Below are positions 56,123-64,000 of a stretch of DNA of 64,000 bases, piece after piece; positions within the stretch are counted from its first letter, which is position 1; every line of letters starts with the position of its first letter. Under the pieces are notes generated by a model, which was given only the letters and a program-made list of their open reading frames with translations, was not told the DNA's origin and did not search any database. This stretch comes from Patescibacteria group bacterium (GTDB lineage: Bacteria > Patescibacteriota > Patescibacteriia > JAHIZJ01): NCBI GenBank assembly GCA_041650335.1, contig JBAZLK010000002.1, forward strand, positions 124,070 through 188,069. Reading direction: 5' to 3'. A program made the translations under genes and the position numbers.

Positions 56123-56445
56123 AATTCGTTAGATAATAGCAATATATAGTATAAATATGGAAGCGCCTTCGTACAAATATACGAACGTCATCTATTGGCT
56201 CATGCACAGCGATAAAAACTTTTTCTTGATTGTCGCGTTTAATTCCTTGCTAAGTTCGCGTTGAAACGCTAGTTCAACTGGTTCAGACGTTTGTATATGT
56301 CCTCCCGGTAAAAAATTTGAATCAGCTCCGCGTATATACAATTACCAATAATTTTTTTATGAATCATTCCTCCTGGACTACCAGCAACCTCGCATCACGT
56401 ACAGATTTATTAGCTATAATATTTTGATATTAGTGAGGCGTTTTA

Positions 56446-56865
56446 TCATGATCTTAAATGTTTTATTACGGTTCTCTTGTATCCACTCTCCATCTTAAGC
56501 ATCCTTACTCCAGCTGCAGTCACCCAACGCCATTTGTCATGTTCCTCACTCAGATAGAATCGGCTCTTCGATATCCGGCATTCAAAAACCACAACGCAAA
56601 AATGATACCTGGCAATATCATGGAATTTCGTCATGATATTAAACACTGATATTGGTCGGCCAATTTCTACCCGGGTAATTCCAAGTTCCTCTTTTAATTC
56701 TCGGCACAGGACCGCCTGCGGCGTTTCTCCAAATTCCATCTTTCCTCCGGGCAATTCCCAGGAACCGCCGGGCGTATGTACAAATAATACTTTATTATCG
56801 CGTAGGATCAACGCTTTTATTGTAATGCGTAATCGCCGTTCCATTTTTGGATAGTAACCCTTCAT
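56446..56865 (-). CDS. NUDIX hydrolase
   Basis: Nudix box GGKMEFGETPQAVLCRELKEELGI. Confidence 0.6.
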   Translation of the reverse strand: MKGYYPKMERRLRITIKALILRDNKVLFVHTPGGSWELPGGKMEFGETPQAVLCRELKEELGITRVEIGRPISVFNIMTKFHDIARYHFCVVVFECRISKSRFYLSEEHDKWRWVTAAGVRMLKMESGYKRTVIKHLRS

Positions 56866-57437
56866 AACTTTTTATTATTCAATTTATCAATAAACATTGC
56901 GAATGTATTTTCTTTAAGAGAAATATGACGGCCGTACCATCGTTCCACTAATCCACTGAATTCTATTATTCGAGTAAACCCGGAATTTCGGTCGTGGTTT
57001 ATCTGCTTTCGATACCACGACTTACCTTCTGTCTCGCTGATATGAATAGCATTTAAACAACGGACAAAGTATTCCTCAAGATTGTCACGGAATGTTTGCC
57101 CTCGATAGTTATCGGGAAGTCCAATTTCACATTCCTGGACAAAATGACTGACCGACATTTTTGTCTTTATCAGTGAATGCAGGGCTTCGTGTCGCACGGT
57201 ATTCCAGGGGAAGCTATGATCTGGGTGGGGATGTAAACGAATAATATGTTTTACTCCGTCATGTGATACTCGACCGTTCCCCAAGGGCAGATGCTCGTCA
57301 ATTTTTATTTCCAAAATCAACGAACAATCATCTTCGTTCCACCGTAATAGGTCAACTGCCTCAAGGACGGTTGATCTGCACTTCTCCATAAACCCATCTA
57401 TTTTCGATAATTTTTTGGCTAGTTTAATATCGATCAT
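56862..57437 (-). CDS. hypothetical HExxH protein (putative metallopeptidase) downstream of the radical SAM gene
   Basis: RHEALHSLI motif; 191 aa; AT-rich compared with the flanking rSAM gene. Confidence 0.4.
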   Translation of the reverse strand: MIDIKLAKKLSKIDGFMEKCRSTVLEAVDLLRWNEDDCSLILEIKIDEHLPLGNGRVSHDGVKHIIRLHPHPDHSFPWNTVRHEALHSLIKTKMSVSHFVQECEIGLPDNYRGQTFRDNLEEYFVRCLNAIHISETEGKSWYRKQINHDRNSGFTRIIEFSGLVERWYGRHISLKENTFAMFIDKLNNKKL

Positions 57438-57516
57438 TATTTTCTAGATTACGCCACAAGGTGCAAAAAGTAAAATCCCTTCGATCTCGGCATCAAAGGG
57501 GTATAGCAACATCCAG

Positions 57517-58785
57517 TCACTTGATTGGCTCCGGTGGAAGACCGAGCTCCATCCGGAGAATTGCCCGAGTGAAAAAGCGTATCCCCTCACAACGGTGGCT
57601 AACCCGCCTAGCGAAACCAGCCCCGTACGCCGACGCTCGCACATGGCAACAGTCGCCTTTGCAATTGCTCATGGCATAACAGTCATGACATTGGGGCACC
57701 GAATCCGCTGTATAGCCGGCCAATTGTTGATACGATTTCCCGGATATTTCGGGACCCGTGCCATGGGGCGTTATTTTGCCATAATGGAAGCATGCCGCTA
57801 GCGGATCGCGGGAATCGCTGACTCGCGTACAGGCCGTTACGTTGCCCTCCGGATCGATGCCGAAGATTCTGCCGTTGACCCCGCAGAAGCTGAGCCGGCA
57901 TACGTGCGACTTGAAGGTTGCCAATGAGGAACGCAGCTGCAAGTTATTTGCTTTCGCAATCGCCAGCAAGCCTACATACTGCTGAGCAAACACTCGAAGA
58001 TCCGGCGGTTGCGCATTGGTGTCGATGCACCTTCCGGTATACTCCAGCGGCTCGATGCCGATGACCACATTCGGCCAGCGACGGTGCAAAAACAGCACAT
58101 TGTCTTCGAGATCGTTGACGCTCTCTGCCGAAACAGTCATCCGAAAGCCTATACCGATGGTACCAACACCACTTAGCGCGTCGATGTTGGCCGCCACGAT
58201 ATTGAACGACGGTCGTCCGTCGGCCAGCGGCCTCTGTTTGTTCTGTATCATCGGAGGTCCGTCGATTGAGATCGAGATGTTCGTGAAGTTGTCAACGATG
58301 AAGCGCCGAAGCTTGGAGGAAAAGCAGCCGTTGCTGACAATGGCGAGTTTGCACCGGAGCCCCGTTTCGGACTCCTTCTGCCTGCAGTAGGCCACGATTT
58401 TACGCACCAGCCTCAAAGACAACAGCGGTTCCCCGCCGCCGGTCAGCGTAACGTCGAAGTGTGATAGCCCCAACTCTTTCGCATCTTTGGCCACCTGGTC
58501 GATAGCCTGGCAGGCTATGGGAAATGGCATTTCCCGTCGCTGTTGCGTACCGGAATTCGCGTGGCAGTAAATGCAGCGCAAATTACAGAAGTTGTTGAGC
58601 ACCAGATCACAACGGGGAAACCTCCCGTCCGGCGCGCGTTCAGTGGAATGCGTCTCAACTGTTGCGTCAAACAGGTCGGGTACTTGGATGCTCTGCGGAA
58701 CAAGCCGGACCGTGCGAAGCTGGGGAATGTACACGATCTTGTTCCCGCTTTCAACCGGAATCTGAAAAGCGCGAACCGCAGTCAT
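57517..58785 (-). CDS. radical SAM / SPASM-domain peptide-modifying enzyme
   Basis: CNLRCIYCH (CxxxCxxC). C-terminal Cys cluster CHDCYAMSNCKGDCCH fits the SPASM Cx2Cx5Cx3C pattern, plus additional upstream Cys. GGAGG SD. Confidence 0.8.
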   Translation of the reverse strand: MTAVRAFQIPVESGNKIVYIPQLRTVRLVPQSIQVPDLFDATVETHSTERAPDGRFPRCDLVLNNFCNLRCIYCHANSGTQQRREMPFPIACQAIDQVAKDAKELGLSHFDVTLTGGGEPLLSLRLVRKIVAYCRQKESETGLRCKLAIVSNGCFSSKLRRFIVDNFTNISISIDGPPMIQNKQRPLADGRPSFNIVAANIDALSGVGTIGIGFRMTVSAESVNDLEDNVLFLHRRWPNVVIGIEPLEYTGRCIDTNAQPPDLRVFAQQYVGLLAIAKANNLQLRSSLATFKSHVCRLSFCGVNGRIFGIDPEGNVTACTRVSDSRDPLAACFHYGKITPHGTGPEISGKSYQQLAGYTADSVPQCHDCYAMSNCKGDCCHVRASAYGAGFARRVSHRCEGIRFFTRAILRMELGLPPEPIK

Positions 58786-58812
58786 TGGTCACCTCCTGAG
58801 AAAGGATTGAGT

Positions 58813-58836
58813 GGGGCCGGCGGTGAAACCGGCCCC
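58813..58836 (-). promoter_or_regulatory. intergenic hairpin between precursor peptide and radical SAM gene (putative attenuator/partial terminator)
   Basis: GGGGCCGGcggtgaaaCCGGCCCC, perfect 8-bp GC stem, 30 nt after the peptide stop. Confidence 0.5.
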
Positions 58837-58853
58837 CTACCGCGTTGACTCGA

Positions 58854-59018
58854 TCAGTCGCTCGAGCAGATGTAGTCGTCGCAGCAGTTGTCGCAGCAGG
58901 CTTGCCCGTTCTGCGAATATTGCCGATCGCTCAGCGTTGCTTCTCGCACGCTGACCTGATCCAGCTCCGACAGCGTCGCAATTGAACGGGTTTCCGTGCC
59001 ATGGCTCGACGCATTCAT
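58854..59018 (-). CDS. candidate RiPP precursor peptide (54 aa, Cys/Asp-rich C-terminus), absent from the ORF track
   Basis: MNASSHGTETRSIATLSELDQVSVREATLSDRQYSQNGQACCDNCCDDYICSSD. SD GGAGAGGAGGG lies 8 nt before ATG. Directly upstream of the rSAM/SPASM gene. Confidence 0.55.
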   Translation of the reverse strand: MNASSHGTETRSIATLSELDQVSVREATLSDRQYSQNGQACCDNCCDDYICSSD

Positions 59019-59178
59019 TTAGCTACCCTCCTCTCCGCCCATAGGAGTCAGGTTGATTAGCCAGAGGTTCCGGCATTCGGAATGTGGCAAAACCGCCAGA
59101 GACCGATGGGTCTTTTGTTGTAAAAGATCGATAACACAAAAAGAGCCGGTTTTTCTGCCTGCCTTCGGAAGGCAAGAA

Positions 59179-59247
59179 AGAAAGCCCGTCTCTTTCTGCC
59201 TGCATGATACACCATCTAGAGAACCGGTCAAGATCGTTTTATCCACT
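59179..59247 (-). repeat. conserved promoter element, copy E (upstream of the precursor peptide)
   Basis: rc GTGGATAAaacgatcTTGACC-16 nt-TATCAT-gcaggc-AGAAAGAGACGGGCTTTC. Confidence 0.65.
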
Positions 59248-59346
59248 CAGCTAGATATAAATTAGATAATTGCCTGTTCGTTTGAAATAAAAATGACCGA
59301 ACGGGAGGTCCGGTCAAGAAGTAGCTCGGTTGCCAGCAATGTACAT

Positions 59347-60513
59347 TTAGGGTGGGCCGATGATGGCGAGCTCCCGTTCCAGCTCGCAGTCAAAACTCCA
59401 GGGAGAGTAGGTCGAATGAACCAGGTTGTTCGTGGCAGAGATAGCGTACCGCCGGCGCGCTTCCTTCTTCCAGCAGAGCGCGCGATAGTATCCGCCCCGG
59501 CCGGCGACCAGCACCGCGAGCGATTCGCCGCGTGCCAGCAATGCGACCGCTTCTTCGTACCAGTCATCAGCGCGCGATGCCTGGTACCACGTCTGCGCTT
59601 CGGCCTGAGTAAACCGGTGCGGCCAGGTCCGGACGATGTTCAACCCGTACCGATTAAGCAGTTTGAGCAATTCGGCTTCAAGTCCCCGGCGGCGCGCTTC
59701 CGGCTTCAGCAGTATGAGCGAGCGCTCGATGCGGTCCGGCTGGAGCGAGCCTTTTGGGCACAGCGTCAGCCAGCGGTAATAGCCCGGTTCATTGATGAAC
59801 GTGCGGCTCAGCGTGAGATCGCCGGGCGTATTGATGTTGCAGCACAGGTCGTCGCCGACCAGGCCCAGGATCCGGAAGTTCCGCATTAGCAGCAGCCGAA
59901 CCAGGTAGTCCCAGCCGAGCGAATAGGCCTGAAACTGATAGTTCTGCCAGTTACGAAAATCCTCTACCCAGCCACCGCTCAACCGCTCGAGGCTGGATGT
60001 CCGGAACGCCCACAGCACCAGGAGCGTCGGTATCTCGTGCCCTGGCACTTCTTCAAGTTCACACACCCAGCCGTTTTCAACCCGGTACCGCCAGTAGATC
60101 CAGTCAGAGGTGATGAACGGCCGGCAGACCGTGGTGATGAGCACGGCGCCATCCGCCGAGGACTCCTGTTCCAGCGCCTGAAGCAAGCGGTCAGCGCTGG
60201 CTGGATGCCAGAGCGTATCCCCGTTCACTCCGACAATGATGTCAGGCTGATATTGCCGGGCGGCGTTGAAGAAACAGGTCGTCAGCGGTTCGACACACCC
60301 GGCCGCGACGTTGACGCGTCCGGCGGTATGCTCGATCAGCGCCTCCTTCCCGTCGTCGACACCCATTACGATCGAATTGAAACCGGTCGTCAGGCCAGCC
60401 TCGATTATCCGATCAATAATCGGCCGCCCCTCAACTTCAACCAGCGATTTCGGCCCGGCACATCCGAGTCGGCGTCCCTGGCCGCCGGCGGCGATGAAGA
60501 GTTGCGTTTTCAT
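59347..60513 (-). CDS. fusion protein: N-terminal sugar-phosphate nucleotidyltransferase-like domain plus C-terminal nucleoside-diphosphate-kinase-like domain
   Basis: N-terminus AAGGQGRRLGCAGPKSLV (NTP-transferase G-x-G-x-R-x-n-K). C-terminus RSLILLKPEARRRGLEAELLKLLNRYGLNIV ... NNLVHSTYS resembles the NDK motifs (IKPD..., N.IHGSDS). Confidence 0.5.
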   Translation of the reverse strand: MKTQLFIAAGGQGRRLGCAGPKSLVEVEGRPIIDRIIEAGLTTGFNSIVMGVDDGKEALIEHTAGRVNVAAGCVEPLTTCFFNAARQYQPDIIVGVNGDTLWHPASADRLLQALEQESSADGAVLITTVCRPFITSDWIYWRYRVENGWVCELEEVPGHEIPTLLVLWAFRTSSLERLSGGWVEDFRNWQNYQFQAYSLGWDYLVRLLLMRNFRILGLVGDDLCCNINTPGDLTLSRTFINEPGYYRWLTLCPKGSLQPDRIERSLILLKPEARRRGLEAELLKLLNRYGLNIVRTWPHRFTQAEAQTWYQASRADDWYEEAVALLARGESLAVLVAGRGGYYRALCWKKEARRRYAISATNNLVHSTYSPWSFDCELERELAIIGPP

Positions 60514-61478
60514 ACACCGATCTCCTTCTCATGCCAGCGCCAGAAAGGTTCTGAGACGCGGTAGCCGCCTTTGGCGAACGAAAGCCGCAGTTTGGCGAAC
60601 CATGGCCCATCTAGACTAATCCCGAGATCGACCAGCTGACCCCCGCTTTCCTGGGTATCGGCCCGGCCTTCAATGAGGTCAGCCGCCGCGGAACAGCCGT
60701 GGCGAGCCAGGTACTCCAGCACAAACAGGTAGTACTGCGGAACTTGCCGATGGCCCAAGAAACGATAGGCATCGATGAGACGCAGCTCGTGTTCGGACAG
60801 CGGGCGTTTCGCCCGGTAGCCGTCAAGAAAGTACTGGAGACCGTCGAAATAATGGCGGTAACTCCAGCCGCCGTCCGTGACTAACAGGATCATGAAGGAC
60901 AGCGAGGCGCCGATGTCATAGACCGGCCAGCATACGCCGGAGTGCTCCCAGTCATAGGTGATCATCGGCTCGGCACTGAACAAGTTCTGGATTGTGTAAT
61001 CGCCGTGGATATAGACCGGCGCCAGACCATTCAAAGCAAGCCGGGCAGCCGACATGGTAGCGGCGGCTGCAGCCAGGGCCCCTTCGGGCAGATTGCTGCG
61101 CCGCAAGACATCCGTCTGCAGATCCTGAAACCGGCGGTTAATGAGCGCCGCGGTCGGCTCGCCATCGCACGTAAGGCCATGGATGTCGGCCAGCGTAGAT
61201 CCAATCGCCTGGAACGCCGACGGCTGCGGATTGCCCCACAACACCTGGTCAACGCGCGGGGCATAGATGCGCTCCATCACTGTCCAGCCGCCCCAGCGCC
61301 CGATGCCAGACTTCAGCACCCGCGGCGTACAGATACCTCCGTTCCCGGCCAAGGTAAGACCGCGCATTTCCGCCGCGTGCCGTTCCGGCCACATCCCCTT
61401 TTTCGTGAAGGTCGTTTCCGTCTGCTCATACTCTTTGCGCATTCCACCCAGCTTCAAATAAGCGTCCATAACAAACAC
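60510..61478 (-). CDS. aminoglycoside-phosphotransferase/choline-kinase-like small-molecule kinase
   Basis: YIHGDYTIQNL (Brenner HGD..N catalytic loop) and DWEHSG (D-x-E). Confidence 0.6.
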   Translation of the reverse strand: MFVMDAYLKLGGMRKEYEQTETTFTKKGMWPERHAAEMRGLTLAGNGGICTPRVLKSGIGRWGGWTVMERIYAPRVDQVLWGNPQPSAFQAIGSTLADIHGLTCDGEPTAALINRRFQDLQTDVLRRSNLPEGALAAAAATMSAARLALNGLAPVYIHGDYTIQNLFSAEPMITYDWEHSGVCWPVYDIGASLSFMILLVTDGGWSYRHYFDGLQYFLDGYRAKRPLSEHELRLIDAYRFLGHRQVPQYYLFVLEYLARHGCSAAADLIEGRADTQESGGQLVDLGISLDGPWFAKLRLSFAKGGYRVSEPFWRWHEKEIGV

Positions 61479-61571
61479 CCCCTGCTCGCTGTCTGAAACA
61501 GCGCGTTGTCAAAGATCATCGGGCCGGGGCTCGCCGGAACCCTCCGATCAACCGTCTAGCAACCGTGTCAA

Positions 61572-62234
61572 CTAAGTAATATCCCCGGCTTGTGCCTCCA
61601 TCCTAATCTGACGGAGCAAATTGTCAAGCCTGGCATATCGCTTCTTAGCGATGGCTTTTATTATTGGAAAATAGAACTGGCGCAGGTAATTTTTCGCGCT
61701 AACCCGGGCTCCTTCGGTCACCCAATACTCGTACAGCCGGTCAAGCCCTTTTTTATCGTAATGGGCATAGGTGATGTGACGCCAAATCTGCAGACAACCG
61801 TAATTATCCAAACGATCCGCATCCTTGACCATTTTCGCCTCCACGCTGAGCGCCTTTTTCCCGTGTTGCTGGTCTATTATGGACTGGACTTTCTTTATCT
61901 TGTCCCGGCCCAGTCCTGACCGGCCGATATATTTTACCACCAGCCGTGACCCGATTTCTGCGTGCCGCCGGTCAGCGTCAGAGTCATAGCGCAGCTCGCC
62001 TTTCGCATTCAACGACTTTATTTTGCCAACATCTGAAAATAAGGCGGCTACAAGCAAAACATCCTTGTCGATGTTCATTTTTTTGAAAAATGGCAGAGTC
62101 AGGAATTTCTCGCAGTATCGCATAACGCGCACTCCGTGATCGTATCGAAATTCGTACCCGCCGCCCGCCTCGTACGTATTCCGGAAGATGGCGTGATACT
62201 TTTGCAACAAACCGGCCCTTAAATTTTTTTGCAT
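61572..62234 (-). CDS. HD-domain phosphohydrolase
   Basis: LVAALFSDVGK, RHAEIGS, KDADRLD match HD motifs. Confidence 0.55.
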   Translation of the reverse strand: MQKNLRAGLLQKYHAIFRNTYEAGGGYEFRYDHGVRVMRYCEKFLTLPFFKKMNIDKDVLLVAALFSDVGKIKSLNAKGELRYDSDADRRHAEIGSRLVVKYIGRSGLGRDKIKKVQSIIDQQHGKKALSVEAKMVKDADRLDNYGCLQIWRHITYAHYDKKGLDRLYEYWVTEGARVSAKNYLRQFYFPIIKAIAKKRYARLDNLLRQIRMEAQAGDIT

Positions 62235-63331
62235 AATTTTTTATATATTTGTAAAAACGGCTCGAGACAGCGCGGCCAATGGTAATACCGTTCAACAAAC
62301 TTCCGGCCGCGCACCGTCATTGTACTATAGCTCCCGTAATTTTGCATAATGCCATGTATTCGGTCAGCGTACGCCGTGATATCATCCTCAATTATACAGG
62401 CATCGCGTACCGACGGATGCAGTCCTCGTACGCTCACGCTCGTGGCCACCAGTGGTAGTCCGGACGCCAGATAGTCAAGCACTTTTAAACTTGTCCCGGA
62501 CGCTTCCAGAATCGGCGCCACGGCAATGTCAGAGGCGAGTAACTCACGGCTGAGGTTCTTCGTGCCTCCGAAAAATACCGTTCCCGGGCCGCTGTATTTA
62601 TTTCTCAACGCCTCGGACACCGGGCCCATGATATTGATGCAATATCGGCGATCAAGCTTTTTCAGCTTAGGCAGAACGATCGTGGCCAGACGCCGGATCG
62701 CGTTTTCATTCGGCGGATAATAACCATGGCCCAAAAAAGCGATCCGAAATCTCTTCCGCTTCCGTATCTTGAACTGGATCGCGTTCGCGTCAATTGCCCC
62801 GCGATAGACGGTGATAGCGTGCCGCGAGCTATTCAGGCCAGCCAGCTGGCGCCTGTCTCGATTCGACCGGCAGAGCGTGTGGTTGGCCACGGTTATGGCG
62901 CGCGCTTGCTGTTTTTTCATAAACCGGACCATTTGGCTGTTCCGGTCGAGGCCGCCATAGAGAGTATGGTCAACATTGATGGCTTCATAAATAATTTTCA
63001 AACCGTATTTTTTTAAGACTGGCCCGAGGGCATTTATTTCCTCGGCGTTGCACATGTGAAGGCAATCAATATCGAATGCCGAGCACGCATAGGCCAAAGC
63101 CCGGGCTTTGTCGGGACGCGCTGTCGCCGGCACAAAAATCGTGGTAAACGGCTGTTTTGAGTACAATTTAGGGTCATCCCAGCCGCGGTAATTTATAATC
63201 AAATAAGGACGCACGCGACCGGTAGCGGCGAGATATTTCATGAGGTTGTAAATAGAGTAGAAAACGCCGTTCCGGATCGGTAAAAACGACCCATCCACAT
63301 AAAAGCCTACGCGGTAAATTTTTTTATTCAT
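62219..63331 (-). CDS. GT4-like glycosyltransferase
   Basis: C-terminal EASGTSLKVLDYLASGLPLVAT. Confidence 0.65.
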   Translation of the reverse strand: MNKKIYRVGFYVDGSFLPIRNGVFYSIYNLMKYLAATGRVRPYLIINYRGWDDPKLYSKQPFTTIFVPATARPDKARALAYACSAFDIDCLHMCNAEEINALGPVLKKYGLKIIYEAINVDHTLYGGLDRNSQMVRFMKKQQARAITVANHTLCRSNRDRRQLAGLNSSRHAITVYRGAIDANAIQFKIRKRKRFRIAFLGHGYYPPNENAIRRLATIVLPKLKKLDRRYCINIMGPVSEALRNKYSGPGTVFFGGTKNLSRELLASDIAVAPILEASGTSLKVLDYLASGLPLVATSVSVRGLHPSVRDACIIEDDITAYADRIHGIMQNYGSYSTMTVRGRKFVERYYHWPRCLEPFLQIYKKLCKKI

Positions 63332-63996
63332 AGCTTGTTTCGGATCATGGCTTCAAGCGCTTCCATTTTCTCGGTGCCGGGCAGCGTTATTATTTCGGTT
63401 TGCGGCTCGAGTTTTGGAAATACCTCTACGTAATATTGGCGGAAGCGGCGCAAGAAATTTACATTCAGCCACATGTTCGGGCTGGTCCGCGCCGGCACGC
63501 GTTCTTTCCGTCGGCTAGAAACGTTTACAGAAAGGTCGATATAGAACACCCGCCACGGTTTGATTATCAATTTTTTTACCAGCGCTCGGCGGTACCAGCG
63601 CAGCGCCGTCTGATACATCGTCGCCGACTTCACCCGATCATAAGCCCAATAGAATGCCAGCGTGCTGGGATAATAACGGTCGAGCACAAATTCTTTCTTC
63701 GGCGAGCGCATGATTGCCCGAGTCTTCAGCTCTTCGCTCCGAAAATAATAAGCCTGGCCCATCGCCTGGTCATTGGCCGGCTCAGTCGGTAATATTTGCG
63801 GAACCCGACCCATGCGTTTGTTGCCGCGCGTTAATAAAATAGCCAGGCTTGTCTTTCCGGCGCCCGGCAGACCCTCGAGCGCGTAGAGTTTTTTATCAAA
63901 AACCGAGACCGTTCCAGAATTTGCCGCGACAAAGCCGTAGAGCGCGTCATTGGGCAAATGATATATTTTTTTCGGCTTAAAGCCTCGCCGCAGCAC
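63328..63996 (-). CDS. P-loop kinase (deoxynucleoside/thymidylate-kinase-like); 5' end may lie beyond window
   Basis: Walker A GLPGAGKTS; 222 aa. The listed first codon is GTG at the window edge. Confidence 0.5.
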   Translation of the reverse strand: MLRRGFKPKKIYHLPNDALYGFVAANSGTVSVFDKKLYALEGLPGAGKTSLAILLTRGNKRMGRVPQILPTEPANDQAMGQAYYFRSEELKTRAIMRSPKKEFVLDRYYPSTLAFYWAYDRVKSATMYQTALRWYRRALVKKLIIKPWRVFYIDLSVNVSSRRKERVPARTSPNMWLNVNFLRRFRQYYVEVFPKLEPQTEIITLPGTEKMEALEAMIRNKL

Positions 63997-64000
63997 CTCG

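Noticed and set aside
57540-57660. tRNA-like motif (GCCCGAGTG) inside the radical SAM gene
   Set aside because: Lies within a well-supported coding frame and no cloverleaf or T-loop can be formed.
59019-59246. 75-aa ORF overlapping the precursor promoter element
   Set aside because: Overlaps the conserved promoter/TSS block and the peptide SD, and has no SD of its own. The 54-aa downstream ORF is the better-supported gene.
1-64000. CRISPR arrays, integrases, transposases, prophage genes
   Set aside because: No regularly spaced direct repeats and no recombinase-like ORFs found. The only nuclease-like mobile-associated gene is the small GIY-YIG protein, with no flanking repeats.

Overview
This 64 kb window comes from a streamlined, high-GC (~55-60%) bacterial genome. 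Nearly every gene lies on the minus strand, and several features (DUF4012 protein, minimal lower-glycolysis set, ADP-forming acetyl-CoA synthetase, very tight gene spacing) suggest a candidate-phyla-radiation/Patescibacteria-like organism. That taxonomic call is inference only.

Housekeeping content:
- ftsEX, lepA, murJ, rnhA, recJ, a PpiC-type PPIase, an FtsB-like protein, and gpmI-eno-pgk next to an ADP-forming acetyl-CoA synthetase and a PfkB kinase.
- A DUF4012 / three GT4 glycosyltransferases / Wzz-like / WbaP-like polysaccharide cluster.
- Three tRNAs (Gln-TTG, Gly-CCC, Thr-CGT).
- An unusually long RNase P RNA.

The second half (~35.5-64 kb) is a mosaic accessory region with AT-rich segments. 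Its main feature is a set of secreted peptidoglycan hydrolases: two M23 peptidases, a CHAP-like protein, a C39-like peptidase, and a 913-aa M23 fusion with a Por/FlgD-like C-terminal tail. Each is preceded by copies of a conserved promoter/5'-leader element. The promoter module alone also sits upstream of a secreted HExxH metalloprotease and of a previously unannotated 54-aa Cys/Asp-rich precursor-like peptide. That peptide is encoded immediately upstream of a radical SAM/SPASM enzyme and an HExxH protein, so this looks like a ranthipeptide/sactipeptide-like RiPP cluster co-regulated with the lytic enzymes.

Other notable loci:
- A possible type I toxin-antitoxin-like small-peptide/sRNA locus between the DUF4012 gene and murJ.
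- A coaC / transglutaminase-like / coaB arrangement.
- A nucleotidyltransferase-NDK fusion / APH-like kinase / HD hydrolase / GT / P-loop kinase cluster next to the RiPP locus.

No CRISPR array, integrase or transposase was seen.
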